64,000 bases of DNA. Origin: Peribolospora baueri. Its lineage: Eukaryota. The stretch lies in assembly GCA_029717555.1 (NCBI GenBank), contig JAMDHS010000002.1:310001-374000 (forward strand). Direction: 5' to 3'. Positions 11,901 through 30,017 of the stretch are shown one piece after another. The notes below the pieces were generated by a model. The model worked only from the letters and a program-made list of their open reading frames with translations, searched no databases and was not told the origin of the DNA. The translations under genes and the position numbers were made by a program. Each line of letters opens with the position of its first letter. Within the stretch, counting starts at the first letter, position 1.

Positions 11901-14900
11901 CGGCAGGGCTAGGACGCCAGGTGGCACTGCGAGCCGAGCTGGATCTCCCGCGGGGAGGAGGAAGAGCGCCGACGCCAAATCAGCCGCTATCGCTGCGGGC
12001 GCTCTCGTCGAGGAGAAGCAGCAGCGCAGCCGGAGTCGGGCGAGCGTCGTGGGCGTTTCCCGTTCCTCCGTGTCGAACGAGCCCAGGACGTCGTCCGTGT
12101 CCTTTTCCTCGGACGCGGCTAGCCCTTCTCGGGCGAACGGGCAACATACGAGCGCGCACCGCAGTCCGCCCTCGGCGGCAGTGTCTGCCAGTTCGCTCAC
12201 GCCCACCAACAAGAAGCCTCCGACTTCGTCGACGCGCTCCTCGACGCCTCCCAGCGCCGTCTCCACCAACACGGCCTCGACGAAGCGCACCTCGACGACC
12301 TCGTCCACGAGCATGACTCAGGGCGGCAACGCGTCTTTTCGCGACTCGACCTCACTCGCAACGAGCATCTCCACTTCCTCCCTCGCCTTTCTTCCTCGTT
12401 CTCCCATCACCAAGAACCGCAGGGGCAGCGGCGGGAGCGAGGCGTCGTCCGTGTACAGCGTCGAACCTTCCAAGAGTGGTGACCGTGGCATGGCCGGTGT
12501 CGTGGCAGGCGAGGGTTGGGAGGAGGGTACTTCGGGTCTCAGCCACATTCCTCCCGTGCCTCCCTTGCCCAAGGCTTGGGAGTCCTCGAGACCCTCCACC
12601 TCTTCCGGCCCCGGTTCCAACGCCGGTTGGAATGCGGTCTCTACGGCTCCCACCATCTCATTCCCCAGTGAGAATCGCATCGATGAGGCGTCATACCGGC
12701 AGATCTCCTCGTCGCAGCCCACATCTCCAAAGTTGTCGTCGTCCAACACCACCTCTTCTGCTTCTGCGCGCTTGACAAAGGCGCCCAGCAAGAAGTGGAG
12801 CCTCTCCAATCTCTCCATCCATCGCAGCCCCGGTTCTTCCCAAAAGGCGCACCGCAACGACGCAAAGCAAATCCAGGCCCATGCCCAGGCTGCGTCCGGT
12901 CTCTCTCCGGGTAGATCCGATCCTTCGAGGAGCCGAGGCTCTCTATCTTCTGGCCGAGGCTCTCTATCTTCTGGCATTCGCTACGGGTCGAGTGATGGTC
13001 GAGGGGTGGGCAGCCCTCAGCCGGTGTCCCCCTCTTCCGGCACGTTAGCGAGCATGCATCCTCCTCCCATGCCTTCTGTCGACGCTGCCGGTAGAGCCAC
13101 GCCTCGGACGCCCAAGACTGCTTCCACCTCTTCCCACCCTGGCAGCCCCCGAGGCTCGACCATGACCACCACGACGACCTCCGGCGGTGGTGGCGCCCCG
13201 CTGAGCCCGCGTAGCCCGCGCAGCCCGCGCAGGACGCCATCCGGCATTCCGTTCTTCTCCCGCAAGTCGTCCTCGAGTAACATTTCCTCCGCTTCAGGGA
13301 AAGACAAAGACAAGAAGAAGGACAAGGACGAGGACGGATCGGTGGTCAGCGGTAGCGGCGCTCGGGCCATCACGCCTTCTGGCCGATCTGGCTCCCGCAA
13401 GTCCATCATCGGCATCAACATTCCCGCCCTGCTCAAGTCTGGAGGCGGCGGCGGAGGATCTTCCAAAAAGGATAAGGACAAGGACAAGGGCGTGCAATCC
13501 CCCCGCGTTTCGGCTTCCACCGCCGCCGGTCTTTCGCAGCGCCACCAGCAGCAGCAGGAGAAGGGCGTGGCGAGCGAGTTCGGACTCGAACTTCGGAGCG
13601 CCAATCGAGCCTCCGTCATCGGCGTCCCCGGTCGTGGCGCATATTCGGCCGCCAAGGCGAACACCGTGGGCGGCAAGGACAAGGATAGGCCTCCACCTCC
13701 GCCCTCGTCGTCGACGACGACCACCAAGGAGAGCAGGCGGGCCAGCGTCAGTAGCACGTTGTCGCTCATGGGCAGGAGGCGGGGCAAGGTGAGTTGGAGA
13801 TGAGAGGTCGGCGTGCAGTCGTCGAAGAATCGACCCAGCCGCTTCCTTTGACAACGTTCTGCGACCGATGCTGACGAGCGCCGTTCCTTTGCCATTCCCT
13901 TTCTTCCCTTCATCCAGACTTTGCCTTCTTCTACTGATCCTCCAAAAGTCAAGCCGGTCAATTTACCGCCCATGCAGATGTCCGCCGAGCCTTCGAACCT
14001 GAATCGAAAGCTTCAGCCTTCGCCTTCTTCTACGGCCAGGACAACGCGGGCGTCTATGCAGCCTTCTCCTCGTTCGGAGCACGTCGGACCATCCTTCGGC
14101 ACCGGCACGGGTGCCTCTACCCTACGCTCCGTCCAACGCGGCTTGCCCACCATCAGCGCCTCGCCAGCCATGTCGTCCGGGCCGTCTCCTTCTGGAGAAG
14201 GCGATTCGGGAAGCATGTCGAAGGACCCTTCTCCGCGCCCCGGTACGTCGCCCTCGGTCGGTCAGACGCCCACGAGGATCCCGCGCATCGCGAACAAGGT
14301 CACTCCTCGATCGACGACAAGCAACAACGCTACCGCTCAACCGCCCGCTTCGACGATGCCCTCCTCGGGATCTGGTAACCTCCGCCGCCTGAGCGCCTCG
14401 TCCAACTATGTCGCCGCTTCGCTGTCCGCCTCGATGCCCCCGAGCAAATCCAACCCTTCGTTAGCCTCCAACTTTGGCTTCAACGGCGGCGGCGCGTCCG
14501 GCGCGCTTTCCGACGATGAGGCGACGCCCACGGCGCAGACGGAGGCGAGCAAGACCGCTTCGTTGTACGCAACGCCGCCCACCACGCGTCGCAAGTCGCT
14601 CGCCATGTCCACCTCGACCTCTTCTACCGCTGCTTCCGCTTCGGGTCACTCCTCGGCCTCAAAGGCCGGTACTTCTTCGGTGCTCATCCCCATCCTCAAC
14701 TCGTATGCCGCCGCCAAGACGTCGGCAGATTTGGAGGAAGTGAGCAAACAGGCCAGAAAGGCTGCCGCCGCTTCCGGGGTCTCTCAGAGCGAATGTGACG
14801 TCTTACTCAATCTCGCCAGTCGGAGTGAGCGGCGGCGGGCTGAAAGTCTCGCCGCAACAGGAGCCAAGGCTACCGACGTGGCCACACCGACGAGCACGAT

Positions 14901-17340
14901 TGCGACGCCGGCGCGCTCGAGCCGTGTCCTGCAGCCCACCTCCTCTTCTCGGAACAAGTCGTCGGGCGAGAGCGCGAGGGAGCCACAGTCGTCTTCAACG
15001 GCGTCCGTTTTGTCCAGCAGCGCCTCCCGAAAGGGAGCGCGCACGTCGACGGTCTCCATCAGTGGCGCCTCTGCTCGTGTCGGACGCGATGCCGTCGCCG
15101 ACAAGCTCGGGATCGGCATCATGGGCTCGGCGGCGCGCGCGTCGATAGGTCGCTCCTCCACCTCCCCCTCGCTCAGCCGGAGTCCCGCGTTCTCCGAGTC
15201 TGGCACGTCGCTCTCCTCCAACTCCAGCACGCCCGTGGATGAGGAGGAGCGCATCGGCGATGATGAAATGATGGCTTATATCAAGCGGCAGCAGGCCAAG
15301 AAGCTCGCTGCGGGTGCTAGGCAGGAAGATTTGGATCGCATGCTCGAGTTCCCAGAGCCTGTCCCGCCGGCCAGGCCCATGAGTCCTACTGGTGAGCGTT
15401 TGGAAATTCAGGATCGGTTCGGCTCGGCTCGGCCCGACTTTCTGGCTTCCCTTTCGCCTGAGCGAGCAAGGCGTTTCGCTCACCCTGATCGTTTCTCTCT
15501 CCTTGGATCTCTCTCTCCCTCCCCCCCCCTCCCCCTCATATGTTCGCAGAATGTGTCCGTCGTTACGGCTCGCGGTTGTCCGAGTATGAGAAAAAGGAGG
15601 TGATGGAGTATCCCGAGGTTTATTTCATCGGCGGCAAGAGCGATAAGAAGTCGGCGACGCCGGAACGACCGGAGAACAACTACGGCTATGACGATGAGCG
15701 GGGCGACTACCTCGTCGTCAACCGGGACCACATCAGGTTCCGCTACGAGGTCATTGACACCCTCGGTCGGGGCTCGTTCGGCCAGGTGCTCCAATGCCGC
15801 GACCACCGGACTGGAAAGTCGGTGGCCATCAAGCTGATCCGCAACAAGAAGCGCTTTCACCACCAGGCGCTCGTGGAGGTCAAGATCCTGGAGAACTTGA
15901 AAAAGTGGGATCCGGACGAGACACACAACGTGATTCACATGGCCGAATATTTCTACTTCCGCAATCACCTCTGTATCGCCATGGAACTATTGAGCATCAA
16001 CCTCTACGAGCTCATCAAGGCCAACGGTTTTGCCGGCTTCTCCACGCGCCTCATCCGCCGCTTCAGCTCGCAAATCCTTGCCTCGCTTTCGCTCATGAGG
16101 CACCATCGCATCGTTCACTGCGACCTCAAGCCAGAAAATGTGCTCCTCAAGCATCCTGCCAAGAGTGGCATCAAAGTCATCGACTTTGGAAGCAGCTGCT
16201 TCGAGCACGAGAAAGGTGAGCCAGCCCTTCGTGTGGACCTGATGGCGTTGGAGGATGGGGGGAATATGGATGAGGGAGACGATCCGGAAGATTGTCGTGG
16301 CGCTGACTTTTTTTTTTCTATTCGTCTCGCAGTCTACACGTACATTCAGAGCCGTTTCTACCGGTCCCCCGAAGTCATCCTCGGTATGAACTACCACACC
16401 GGTAAGTCGCCCTTCGCTTCTCGCTTTATTGATGTTGAGGTCCTTCCAGCTGACGTCGAACTGTGTCTGATCTCCCTTAGCCATCGACATCTGGAGTTTG
16501 GGCTGCATCGTCGCCGAACTGTACACCGGCTATCCGCTCTTCCCAGGCGAGAACGAGCAGGAGCAGTTGGCATGCATCATGGAGGTCCTTGGCGTGCCGG
16601 ATCGGTACCTCATCGAGCGCAGTTCGAGGAAGAAGCTCTTTTTCGGTGAGTGTGCGCTGATCGTGATTTATGAGCGTGACGCCGTCTAATTCTCAGGATC
16701 CGTCTCGCTTTCTCAAAAAAGATCCTACCGGTGCTCCTCGGCCGGTGGTCAATTCCAAGGGCAAACGTCGTCGCCCAGGCACCAAGACGCTGGCGCAAGT
16801 GCTCAAATGCAACGACGAGCTCTTCCTCGACTTCATCTCCAAGTGTCTCGTTTGGGATCCCGAGAGGCGTCTCAAGCCCGATCCCGCTCTCCGTCATCCT
16901 TGTGAGTGGCTCCGCCTCCGTCGCCAGCGTCCTCGAACACCGCCCTCATGCCCTCTTTTTCTTCATTTCTTTTCCGCGGCGCAGGGATCGCTGCTGGTAG
17001 AAGCCGGAGGATGGAGCTGGCGAGCTCAGTCTCGAGCCGTCACGCTTCGCTCACTTCTAACGGCTTCAACGCCTCGTCTGCCCGCAAGTCCACGTCGATG
17101 GCCAACGTCGCGAGCTCTGCGACGCCAAAAAACAAAAGCGGCACCTCTTCCGTCCGTTCCTCCGCCACAATCCAACCGCTTTCCTCCTCCAAGGCGGCCG
17201 CTTCTTCCGCCGCGGCGACGCCGAGTGCCAGCCGCCGACTCACGTCCACCTTGACTTCTTCCGCGGCTTCCTCCGCTAGTCGCGCTCCTCGGACCGCGCC
17301 ATCCGCACACACCTCACTCTCGGCCGTGACGTCGTCTTGA
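8926..17340 (+). CDS. DYRK-family dual-specificity kinase (class II, Pom1/DYRK2-like) with very long low-complexity N-terminus
   Basis: DH box [51 protein letters not shown]. Seven exons (8926-13788, 13918-15391, 15550-16215, 16333-16401, 16481-16645, 16722-16901, 16985-17340) sum to 7773 nt, i.e. 2590 aa. Confidence 0.93.
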
Positions 17341-18077
17341 AAGACCTACCCAACCCGACCTTTTGGGCTCCGTCAGCGCGATTCGGCACTTCGTTTTGAC
17401 AGTATCTTGCCCTCTCCTTTCTTGCGCAATACCCTCCGAACCGTTTTCAGGATTCCCCCACCCGGTCTCGATTGCTATTTTCTCCTTCTCCGTTCGTCCC
17501 CTTCCCTCCCCTCCCTCACCCCGCTTTCCGTCGGCGGGTGGCCTCGCTCTCTCTCATCGCTCGTCGCTCTCACCTAGTCAGACATACACACCGGTCCATT
17601 CGTCCCGTCCATACCGTTCGGTTTCGTCTTCAGCTTTTCCTTCTTTTTTCGTTCTCGCACTCGCCTCAACGACACGTCTTTTTGGCGCAGTATATCCCCC
17701 ACCGCTCGTCGTCCATTCCATTTCTCCCGCTCAGTCTGTCCCCACCCCGTCCCCGTCCCCGTCCCAAGTCTTTGCTCATTGTCCCTCTCTCTATCTGGCA
17801 TTCTTCGCGTGCATAATTCCCCGCCCTCCCCTCCCCCCCTCGGGCTTCTTTTTAGGGTCACCTTTTCTCGTGTACCTGCTTTCTTTTTCCGCACGTTTCG
17901 TCTTCCCTTTTGAACCTGCCGTGGCCGCTGGCTTCCGTTGCGGGGACTCCCTTCATTCCTTGATAATGGTAATGCCGGTTTCGGTTGCATCGCCGACTTT
18001 GGACTAGGTCTACATGAAGCTCGAGTCGCACACCTACAAAAGGGGGAAGACGTGGAAGCCATGAAGAACCGTCCATC

Positions 18078-20140
18078 TCACTCGAAGATGATCTGCTTGT
18101 AGTCGCGCAAGATGACGCTGGGAAGGGAAAGACGCCGGCCGAACGACATGAGAGCATCGTCAGTGGCACTGAACCGATCACTGCTGGAACGTGGTATAAG
18201 GGAAAGGCATGCTCGCGGGCGACTGCCAAGCGAGATCATCGATAGAGAGGGGAAACGCGTGGTGGTCACTTACCCGACAGACTCGGGCCCGCTGAGACCG
18301 ACCTCGCTGGCGATGGCCGAGACGTACCGGGGAGGAGTGAGGTCGTACAAAAAGTTGAGGACGTTGGCCTTGGGTAGGGAATTGAAGTCCTCGAGCGTTT
18401 TGGGGGATACGTCGCCTGTCGGGACGAGGCTTTCGGGCGGTGCTGGCGACGAAAGTATGGAGAGTAAGAGAGAGATAGGGAGGAGAGGAAAACGGCAGAA
18501 AGAGAAAAGAAAGGAGTGGAGAGCGAGACGGGTCGGGAAATGAACCTTTTAGCACGCCTGACCTCTTTTCGTCCCTCAAATTTGAGGAAGGTGAGTGGCT
18601 CACCGAGCTCATTAGTGACGATACTATCGAGCTGGATGCGATCTGAAAACTTGTACGTCTCGCAACAGACGATGACGGGGATCTCCTGTTCCTTGGCCAT
18701 CATGGCCACCGCCGCGGTCCCAACGCGCGAATAGAGGGCTCCGTTGGCGAGGAGGGCATGCGTACCAAGGAGGACGAGAGATGCTTGGGAGACGACAGTG
18801 CCTAAGGAAGTGATCATGGTGTAGGTGCAAGGAACGCCCGCGGAGGAAAGGTTGGAAAGGAGTCGCTTGCCTTCGATAAAGGCGAAGTCGCGAAGAAGGT
18901 TAAACTCGGATTCCCAAGCGCTCTTTGTAATGCCCGTTTGCTTACCTTCGTTGTGAGGTCGCGAGTCCACGACGATCACACTGAACTGAATGCCCCTCCG
19001 GTGGGCCGACAGGAGTACGTTCTCGACGACAGACGACCTGCATGCAGGTTACGCGTATGGATTGAACGTGAGCACGAGACGTTCTCGCATAGCTCTCCAT
19101 CCTCACTTCTTCGCGATCGTTACGCTATACTGACCGAGCGAAGGTCAAGATCACATCTCCGTCTTTAATCTTTCCGTGGACGTGCTCCTGAATCACCTGG
19201 CCTGCGTACCTGATTCGGTCTCGGATAAAATGATCAATACGCTCGCAGAGGCGCTCCTTGGCCTACCTCGGCGAAGACAGACAACTGAAATGATTAACTT
19301 TGCGTCGAGCCCCTGAACGACGTCGACATGAGAGGGCGAAGCGGAAGCGCCAGCTCACCTTTTCTTCAGGAATGTCTATTCCAAGCAAGCTGATCTCGTA
19401 TTTGAGGAAGCGGATCGCGTTGCCCATGCTCACAGACATGGGCCGCGCTTGTACTAGAAAGGTGATCTGAGGGGAGATATGGGTCATGATGTGTCGAGAG
19501 AGGGTCGTGTTGGGGGGAGTGGTATAGTCGTGAATGACCTGCCACGCAGCATGGAATCGAGAACGAAGACTGTTAAAGGAGCCTGGCGACAATATGACGC
19601 CACAAACATGCTGTCGGAATGTAAGCAAGTACTTTTCACACACACCTTCTTGAAAGCCTCAAGAGTGGCTATGCATCGCGCGTTCGCACCGACAATCACG
19701 AATCGCGAGAACTGCAGTCCGAGCCGGAGCACGGCAGGGTGGATATTGCCTTTTAGCGAGGCGGCGACCGTGTCAATCGGCATACGAGGCTCGATGTGTG
19801 AAAATGGCGAGACGCGGGAAGAGCGTTCATTTGATCGCCTCTCGTTGTCCTTCGTGCTCTTCGTGGTAACGTGTGATGAGGTTTTGCTCTCCAGACCTTT
19901 GCCTCCCTCCCCTTCCTTCACTCCACGCTGTCCCCCAGAGCCTGACACCGCACCTCCACTCCCAGATCCGCCCTTCGCCTTCCCTGATATACCCGCACCC
20001 TGACCACTCGCCTCCTTTGCTGCAGCCTTCGTAGCGCGCTGAGCTTCCTGCTGTGCTCTCCTCTCCGCTTTGGTCGAGTCCTTCTTGGACTTCTGCTGAG
20101 ACGCTTGGGCGCTGGGCACCGCGGCCGCTGGGGTCGACAT
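18078..20140 (-). CDS. GCD2: Translation initiation factor eIF2B delta subunit
   Basis: TKAERRAQQEAQRA, IHPAVLRLGLQ...GANARCIATL, ARPMSVSMGNAIR, VVDSRP, LGTHALLANGALYSRVGTA, CCETYKFSDR. Confidence 0.93.
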
Positions 20141-20430
20141 TATCGCCTGCGCAAAAGCGCCGATAAACGAATAATCATTCGATGAAACGCCTCGCTGAAT
20201 CCAGTAAACTCGCGCCGCTTTCGTACTCACTGTGATATGGAGTGCTGGTCGAATCCCGAGTTCAAGTCACGATGTCATGCAGACGTTCAGGTTTGCCTGT
20301 GAAGCGTACGCACGTGATGTGCTGCGGCGGTCATATGGAGAGCGAGCCAAGTACACACACCACCGTCGCCACCATCCATCTTCTTGTCGTCTTCCTCACT
20401 AGCCTCCATTCTTCTTTTCGCCTTCCAATC

Positions 20431-25987
<5,557 letters not shown>

Positions 25988-27079
25988 TATTGCTCTCCCT
26001 TTCTTGCATTGGAACGTCGATAGGCTGCCCGCGCCATAGGGCATGCTCGGAACCAACCTTGGCATTCGAATGCAAGACCTGCACGCCTCGATCGAGGTTC
26101 ACCTTGGCGAGGTGAAAGAGCGGTCTGCACATGCATTTCTTGTCCATTTAGTGCCTGCATACATACAGTCAGTCCGAATGTCCACAGGACGCAGAAGGCG
26201 AATGTTTGAGGGCAGGAGAGGTGTTGAACTGACGTGAAGGAGAGATGTCGACGGGCGGTGGGAGCAAGAGCACAACAATGCTCACGCACACTTACGTCAG
26301 TCACGTGATGAAGACTACCGGGTATACGGATTTACTTGTGGGAATGTCTCGTCCTCCTCCTTCTATGCATACATACGTGCCATGGTCAAGGACGGTTCAT
26401 CAACTCGACTCAAGGCTGCCTTCGACAGGCGGCCAACACCATCAATTCGTCCTGGCCTGCCCGGACGGTAATCGAGCACGTCACATAAGCAAACGGTTCG
26501 TACAAACGTGCAGTGCTTGATTTCACTGTGCCGTAAGTATGTACATCCGGTCCACGCGCTCGGTTCGACATTCATGCCCGCTCTCTCCGCTAATAAAAGA
26601 CGGCTCGACTCGATCGACTCGATCGACTCAGTCCGACTCATTCCGTACCTTTCCCTTCTTGTCCGAGAGCCCTATGACATCCCCATTCGAGCGACAGTGG
26701 CTGAGCACTTAGGCTCTATGGCGTCTCTCTTCCGCCGGCTGTGGCGGTGTCCGTCGGTCGGTCGGCCACCGACAGCGAGTCATCCTCTTCATCCGCTCGC
26801 ATCCGTCCGTCCCTGCACGAAGGAACTCCAAGAATGAAGGAATTCCAGGACACATTGGGGCTATAAAGCATGCTTCTCCTTGCACCTCTTCTCTGCCTTT
26901 CTCTTTCTCTTCATCCTGCTGGCGTTCCCTCTCATACCTCTCGCTGCCACTCTTCGTCCCCACGCTCGTCAAGTTACATTCCTATACCCTAAGCGCAGCG
27001 GTGCAAAGCATCGCCAACGGCAGCCACCATATCTAAAGCCCAGCACCTTGCGCGGTCTCCCATCTTAACTCTGCTCAAG

Positions 27080-29375
27080 ATGCCCAACGAGAGCGACCAA
27101 GCCGCCCCCAGCTTCGCTTCGGCGCCGACCGTGAACGCTTCTTCTAACGCGGGCGCAGGCGCCAGCCCCGACCCCTCCGCCACCGCCGTCGCTCAGTCCC
27201 CTCCAATGGACACAGAAGCGCGCGTTCGTGACCTCCTTACCCGCAAGCTCCTCCCTCTCCTCCGCATCCTCGGGCTCCAAAGCGTGCCCTTCGCCGACGA
27301 CGTCCTCCGCGTCCTCTTTGTCGGTGGTCTCTTGGCCGTTGGTCGAGACTTTATAGGCAGGGTGTGGGAGTGGTTCAAAAGGCGGTTCGTCATCACCGCC
27401 GTCTTTCAGAGCGGACATGAGACTCACGACTGGGTCAGTAACTGGCTGGCTGGCTTGGAGGGAACTAGGAGGGCCAAAGATGTGAGTAGAGTGGACGATG
27501 TGGAGAGTCGCCTTTTAGACTGGCCTCCACCGGTCGGTGTGAAACGCGTTCAGGAAGACGCGATTCGAGGGCATCGCATCCTCAAAGAGGCGTTTCTAGC
27601 TGACCCTCTGAAACGGTCGGCACGCACAACGTTCCATTTGACTAGTTCATCGTTCTCAGCCACACACAACAAGAAGACGAACAGATCGGAGCTGGGTACG
27701 ACATTCCCCTCAAGACCTTGCCCGCGAACGGTTAGCCGTCATTTTCCCTTATTTTCGCGCACGACCATGCCGAACGCGTCGTGTTTGACTTGGGTTTCTG
27801 CCAAACGCTCCAATCAGATACCACCAACTACTTTTCTTACCGGCCCACCTCGGTCCGTCGCCGACGAAAGCGTGGATTCGGCATTACACTCCCCGGCCGC
27901 CGCCTTGTCTGGTTCAGCAGCCACCGTGACAGAGAGCTATTGGCCGGGCAAGAGGGGTCGCACACCTTCCTCCATCTCAACATGCTAACCTTCTGGAGGA
28001 GAGACCTAGAAGACTTGATCATTGAGGCCAGGGCCGACTGGGTCGGTCGCGAGGTTGGCATGACTGGTATTTACATGCCTGGTGCGTTTTTTTTTGTGGA
28101 GGGGAAGAGCGAAGGAAAGCGGAAGAGTGGAGGACGGCGATAAGCCTTCCCGCGGGTTTCTTCCCCCACCACTAGCCTAACCTTACACTCGCTTCTCTTC
28201 TTGCCGCCGCAGACGACTATTCGTGGCGACGCGTAGCGCTGCGACCCAAGAGACCTCTTTCGACCGTCGTTCTGGATGAAGGACAGGCCGAGATGTTGGT
28301 GACGGACGCACGAAGCTGTGAGTCCATCTAGTCGAACTCTTACTCGGCGGCGACTCGTGACACACTGAACGTCGACGAGGGATATTGGCACGAGGAAGCG
28401 CGGGCTGACCTCTGGACTTCTTTTCTTTTCGCCCCTTCGCCAGTCCTCCAAAACGAAGCCTGGTACGCTTCGCGCGGGATCCCCTTCCGCCGAGGCTACC
28501 TCCTCCACGGTCCTCCCGGCGCAGGCAAGACTTCTCTCATCATCGCCCTGGCCGGTGTGCTCAACTTGCCAATCTACATCTTCTCGCTCACCCATCACGG
28601 TGTCACTGATCAATTGCTCCTGTACCTCTCCTCGCGGTGTCCGGAGACTTGCATCCTGCTCATCGAGGACATCGACGCGGCGTTCGCCGGGAGGAAGAAC
28701 ATTGTTGGCGGGCTGGGAGATGAGAAGGAGGGAGGAGGAAGGGAAAATGAGAAGGAGAAGGAGAAGGAAAAGGGGAAGGAGGCTGGGAAGGGCGGAGACG
28801 AGAACCGGGTCTCGTTCTCCGGCCTGCTCAACTTGATCGATGGCGCCGGCGCACCCGAAGGTCGACTGCTCTTCGCGACGACGAATCACATCGAGCGACT
28901 CGATCCGGCGCTCATCCGCCCGGGGCGGATCGACATTAAGGTCCAGTTTGATCGTGCGAGCAAGACGCAGGTGGAGAAGTTGTTCGTCCGGCTGTATACG
29001 CACAGAGCCGAGGAGGACTCGGCGAAGAGGACGGGTGCGGGTGCGGGCGCGTCGGCAGCCGAGAGACGCGCCGACGTCTCATCATCTCGTCCTTCTCTTC
29101 TGTTATCCGACGACTCTGAGCTGGACGAGCCGCGCCCACCGACGCCGGACGATGAGGAGGACGAGAAGCGTCAACGGGAGGCGGAGGAGATGTACGAGAA
29201 ACGGATCCGGAAGATGGCCAAGGAATTCGCCACGCACGTCCCGGAGAGGAAGTTTTCGATGGCCACGTTGCAGGGCTTCTTCATGAAGAGGAAGGAGACG
29301 CCTGAGGAGGCTCTGAGGGACGTAAGGGCGTGGGTGGAAAGGGATGGCCACGATGACTGGGTGGGTCAACTATGA
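27080..29375 (+). CDS. BCS1-family mitochondrial AAA ATPase
   Basis: RPKRPLSTVVLD, WYASRGIPFRRGYLLHGPPGAGKTS, LIEDIDAAF, SFSGLLNLIDG, TTNHIERLDPALIRPGRID. N-terminal hydrophobic segment. Confidence 0.9.
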
Positions 29376-29601
29376 TGGCCGGCCTTCAGACAACGGAGGA
29401 GGAGCGGCCGATAGAGATGGATACCGGACCCTAGAGCATGAGCACTGGTGGCGCATCGTAAGCTATAGTGTATTAATTTGGAGCATCCATTCTGGAATAG
29501 CATTCGTCCCATTGCGCACGAGGCAGGAATGGAGATAATGCCGCGCCGTCGTCTCTGGCAAGGGAAGGGAAGGAAAAGGGGGGGGGCGAGGACTGCCGCA
29601 A

Positions 29602-29739
29602 TGTCATGAATTAACTCGAGGATGAAGTGCTATTCATAAAGCTTTATTAAAATACGGATATGATCAATTTACAATAGAAATTCTAGAGGAAGTAGATGGA
29701 ACTAGTTTATCTACTTTAGAATTACATAATTTATTAGTT
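29602..29739 (+). pseudogene. Fragment of mitochondrial GIY-YIG homing endonuclease ORF
   Basis: Reads CHELTRG(TGA)SAIHKALLKYGYDQFTIEILEEVD..., matching the 'SxIYKALLKYGYxNFxLEILE' helix-strand of fungal mitochondrial intron GIY-YIG enzymes. Confidence 0.8.
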
Positions 29740-29769
29740 GGTATGTGAGTTCGACTCTCACCTATTTCA
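29740..29769 (+). pseudogene. 3' half of a mitochondrial tRNA (T-arm plus acceptor strand)
   Basis: GTGAG-TTCGACT-CTCAC forms a perfect 5-bp T stem with TTCGA loop (29745-29761), followed by CTATTTC-A. No 5' half is present. Confidence 0.7.
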
Positions 29770-29821
29770 TTATTGAATAATAATTAATGATTAATATACT
29801 CAGCGGTTCACATAGTAATGA

Positions 29822-29854
29822 CTGTAGCCATCATTAAAATAAAAATTACAACTC
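29822..29854 (-). pseudogene. cob: Cytochrome b fragment
   Basis: Minus strand GA GTT GTA ATT TTT ATT TTA ATG ATG GCT ACA G = (G)VVIFILMMAT(A), the helix C motif of fungal cytochrome b. Confidence 0.75.
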
Positions 29855-29954
29855 GATCTACACTATTATTTGGTAGCAATTATTATATCTGATAAGATGC
29901 TAACGCTTAAGTGTAGCACCTTGTAAGTATAGAATCAGTGCTGAAAACAAAAAG
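29855..29954 (+). pseudogene. rns: Mitochondrial small-subunit rRNA fragment (central domain)
   Basis: GCTAACGCTTAAGTGTAGCACCTTGTAAGTA...GCTGAAAACAAAAAG resembles bacterial 16S GCTAACGCGTTAAGT...CCTGGGGAGTAC...AAAACTCAAA. CTACACT (29858-64) pairs with AGTGTAG (29910-16) as in helix 25. Confidence 0.65.
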
Positions 29955-30017
29955 ACTGTATTATTGAAGGGAATGTTGTGTTGTTTACAGCTAGAAGCAT
30001 TATTTCAATACTAATTT

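Noticed and set aside
14740..14860. Extra intron inside DYRK exon 2 (GTGAGC...CAG)
   Set aside because: Removal (121 nt) would break the frame, while the unspliced sequence stays open.
168..17340. Many long antisense or alternate-frame ORFs (e.g. 9370..10593, 13017..13973)
   Set aside because: Expected shadows of GC-rich coding DNA, with no domain motifs.
29770..30017. Segments 29770-29821 and 29955-30017 as large-subunit rRNA fragments
   Set aside because: Only weak resemblance to 23S motifs, so left unassigned within the NUMT.
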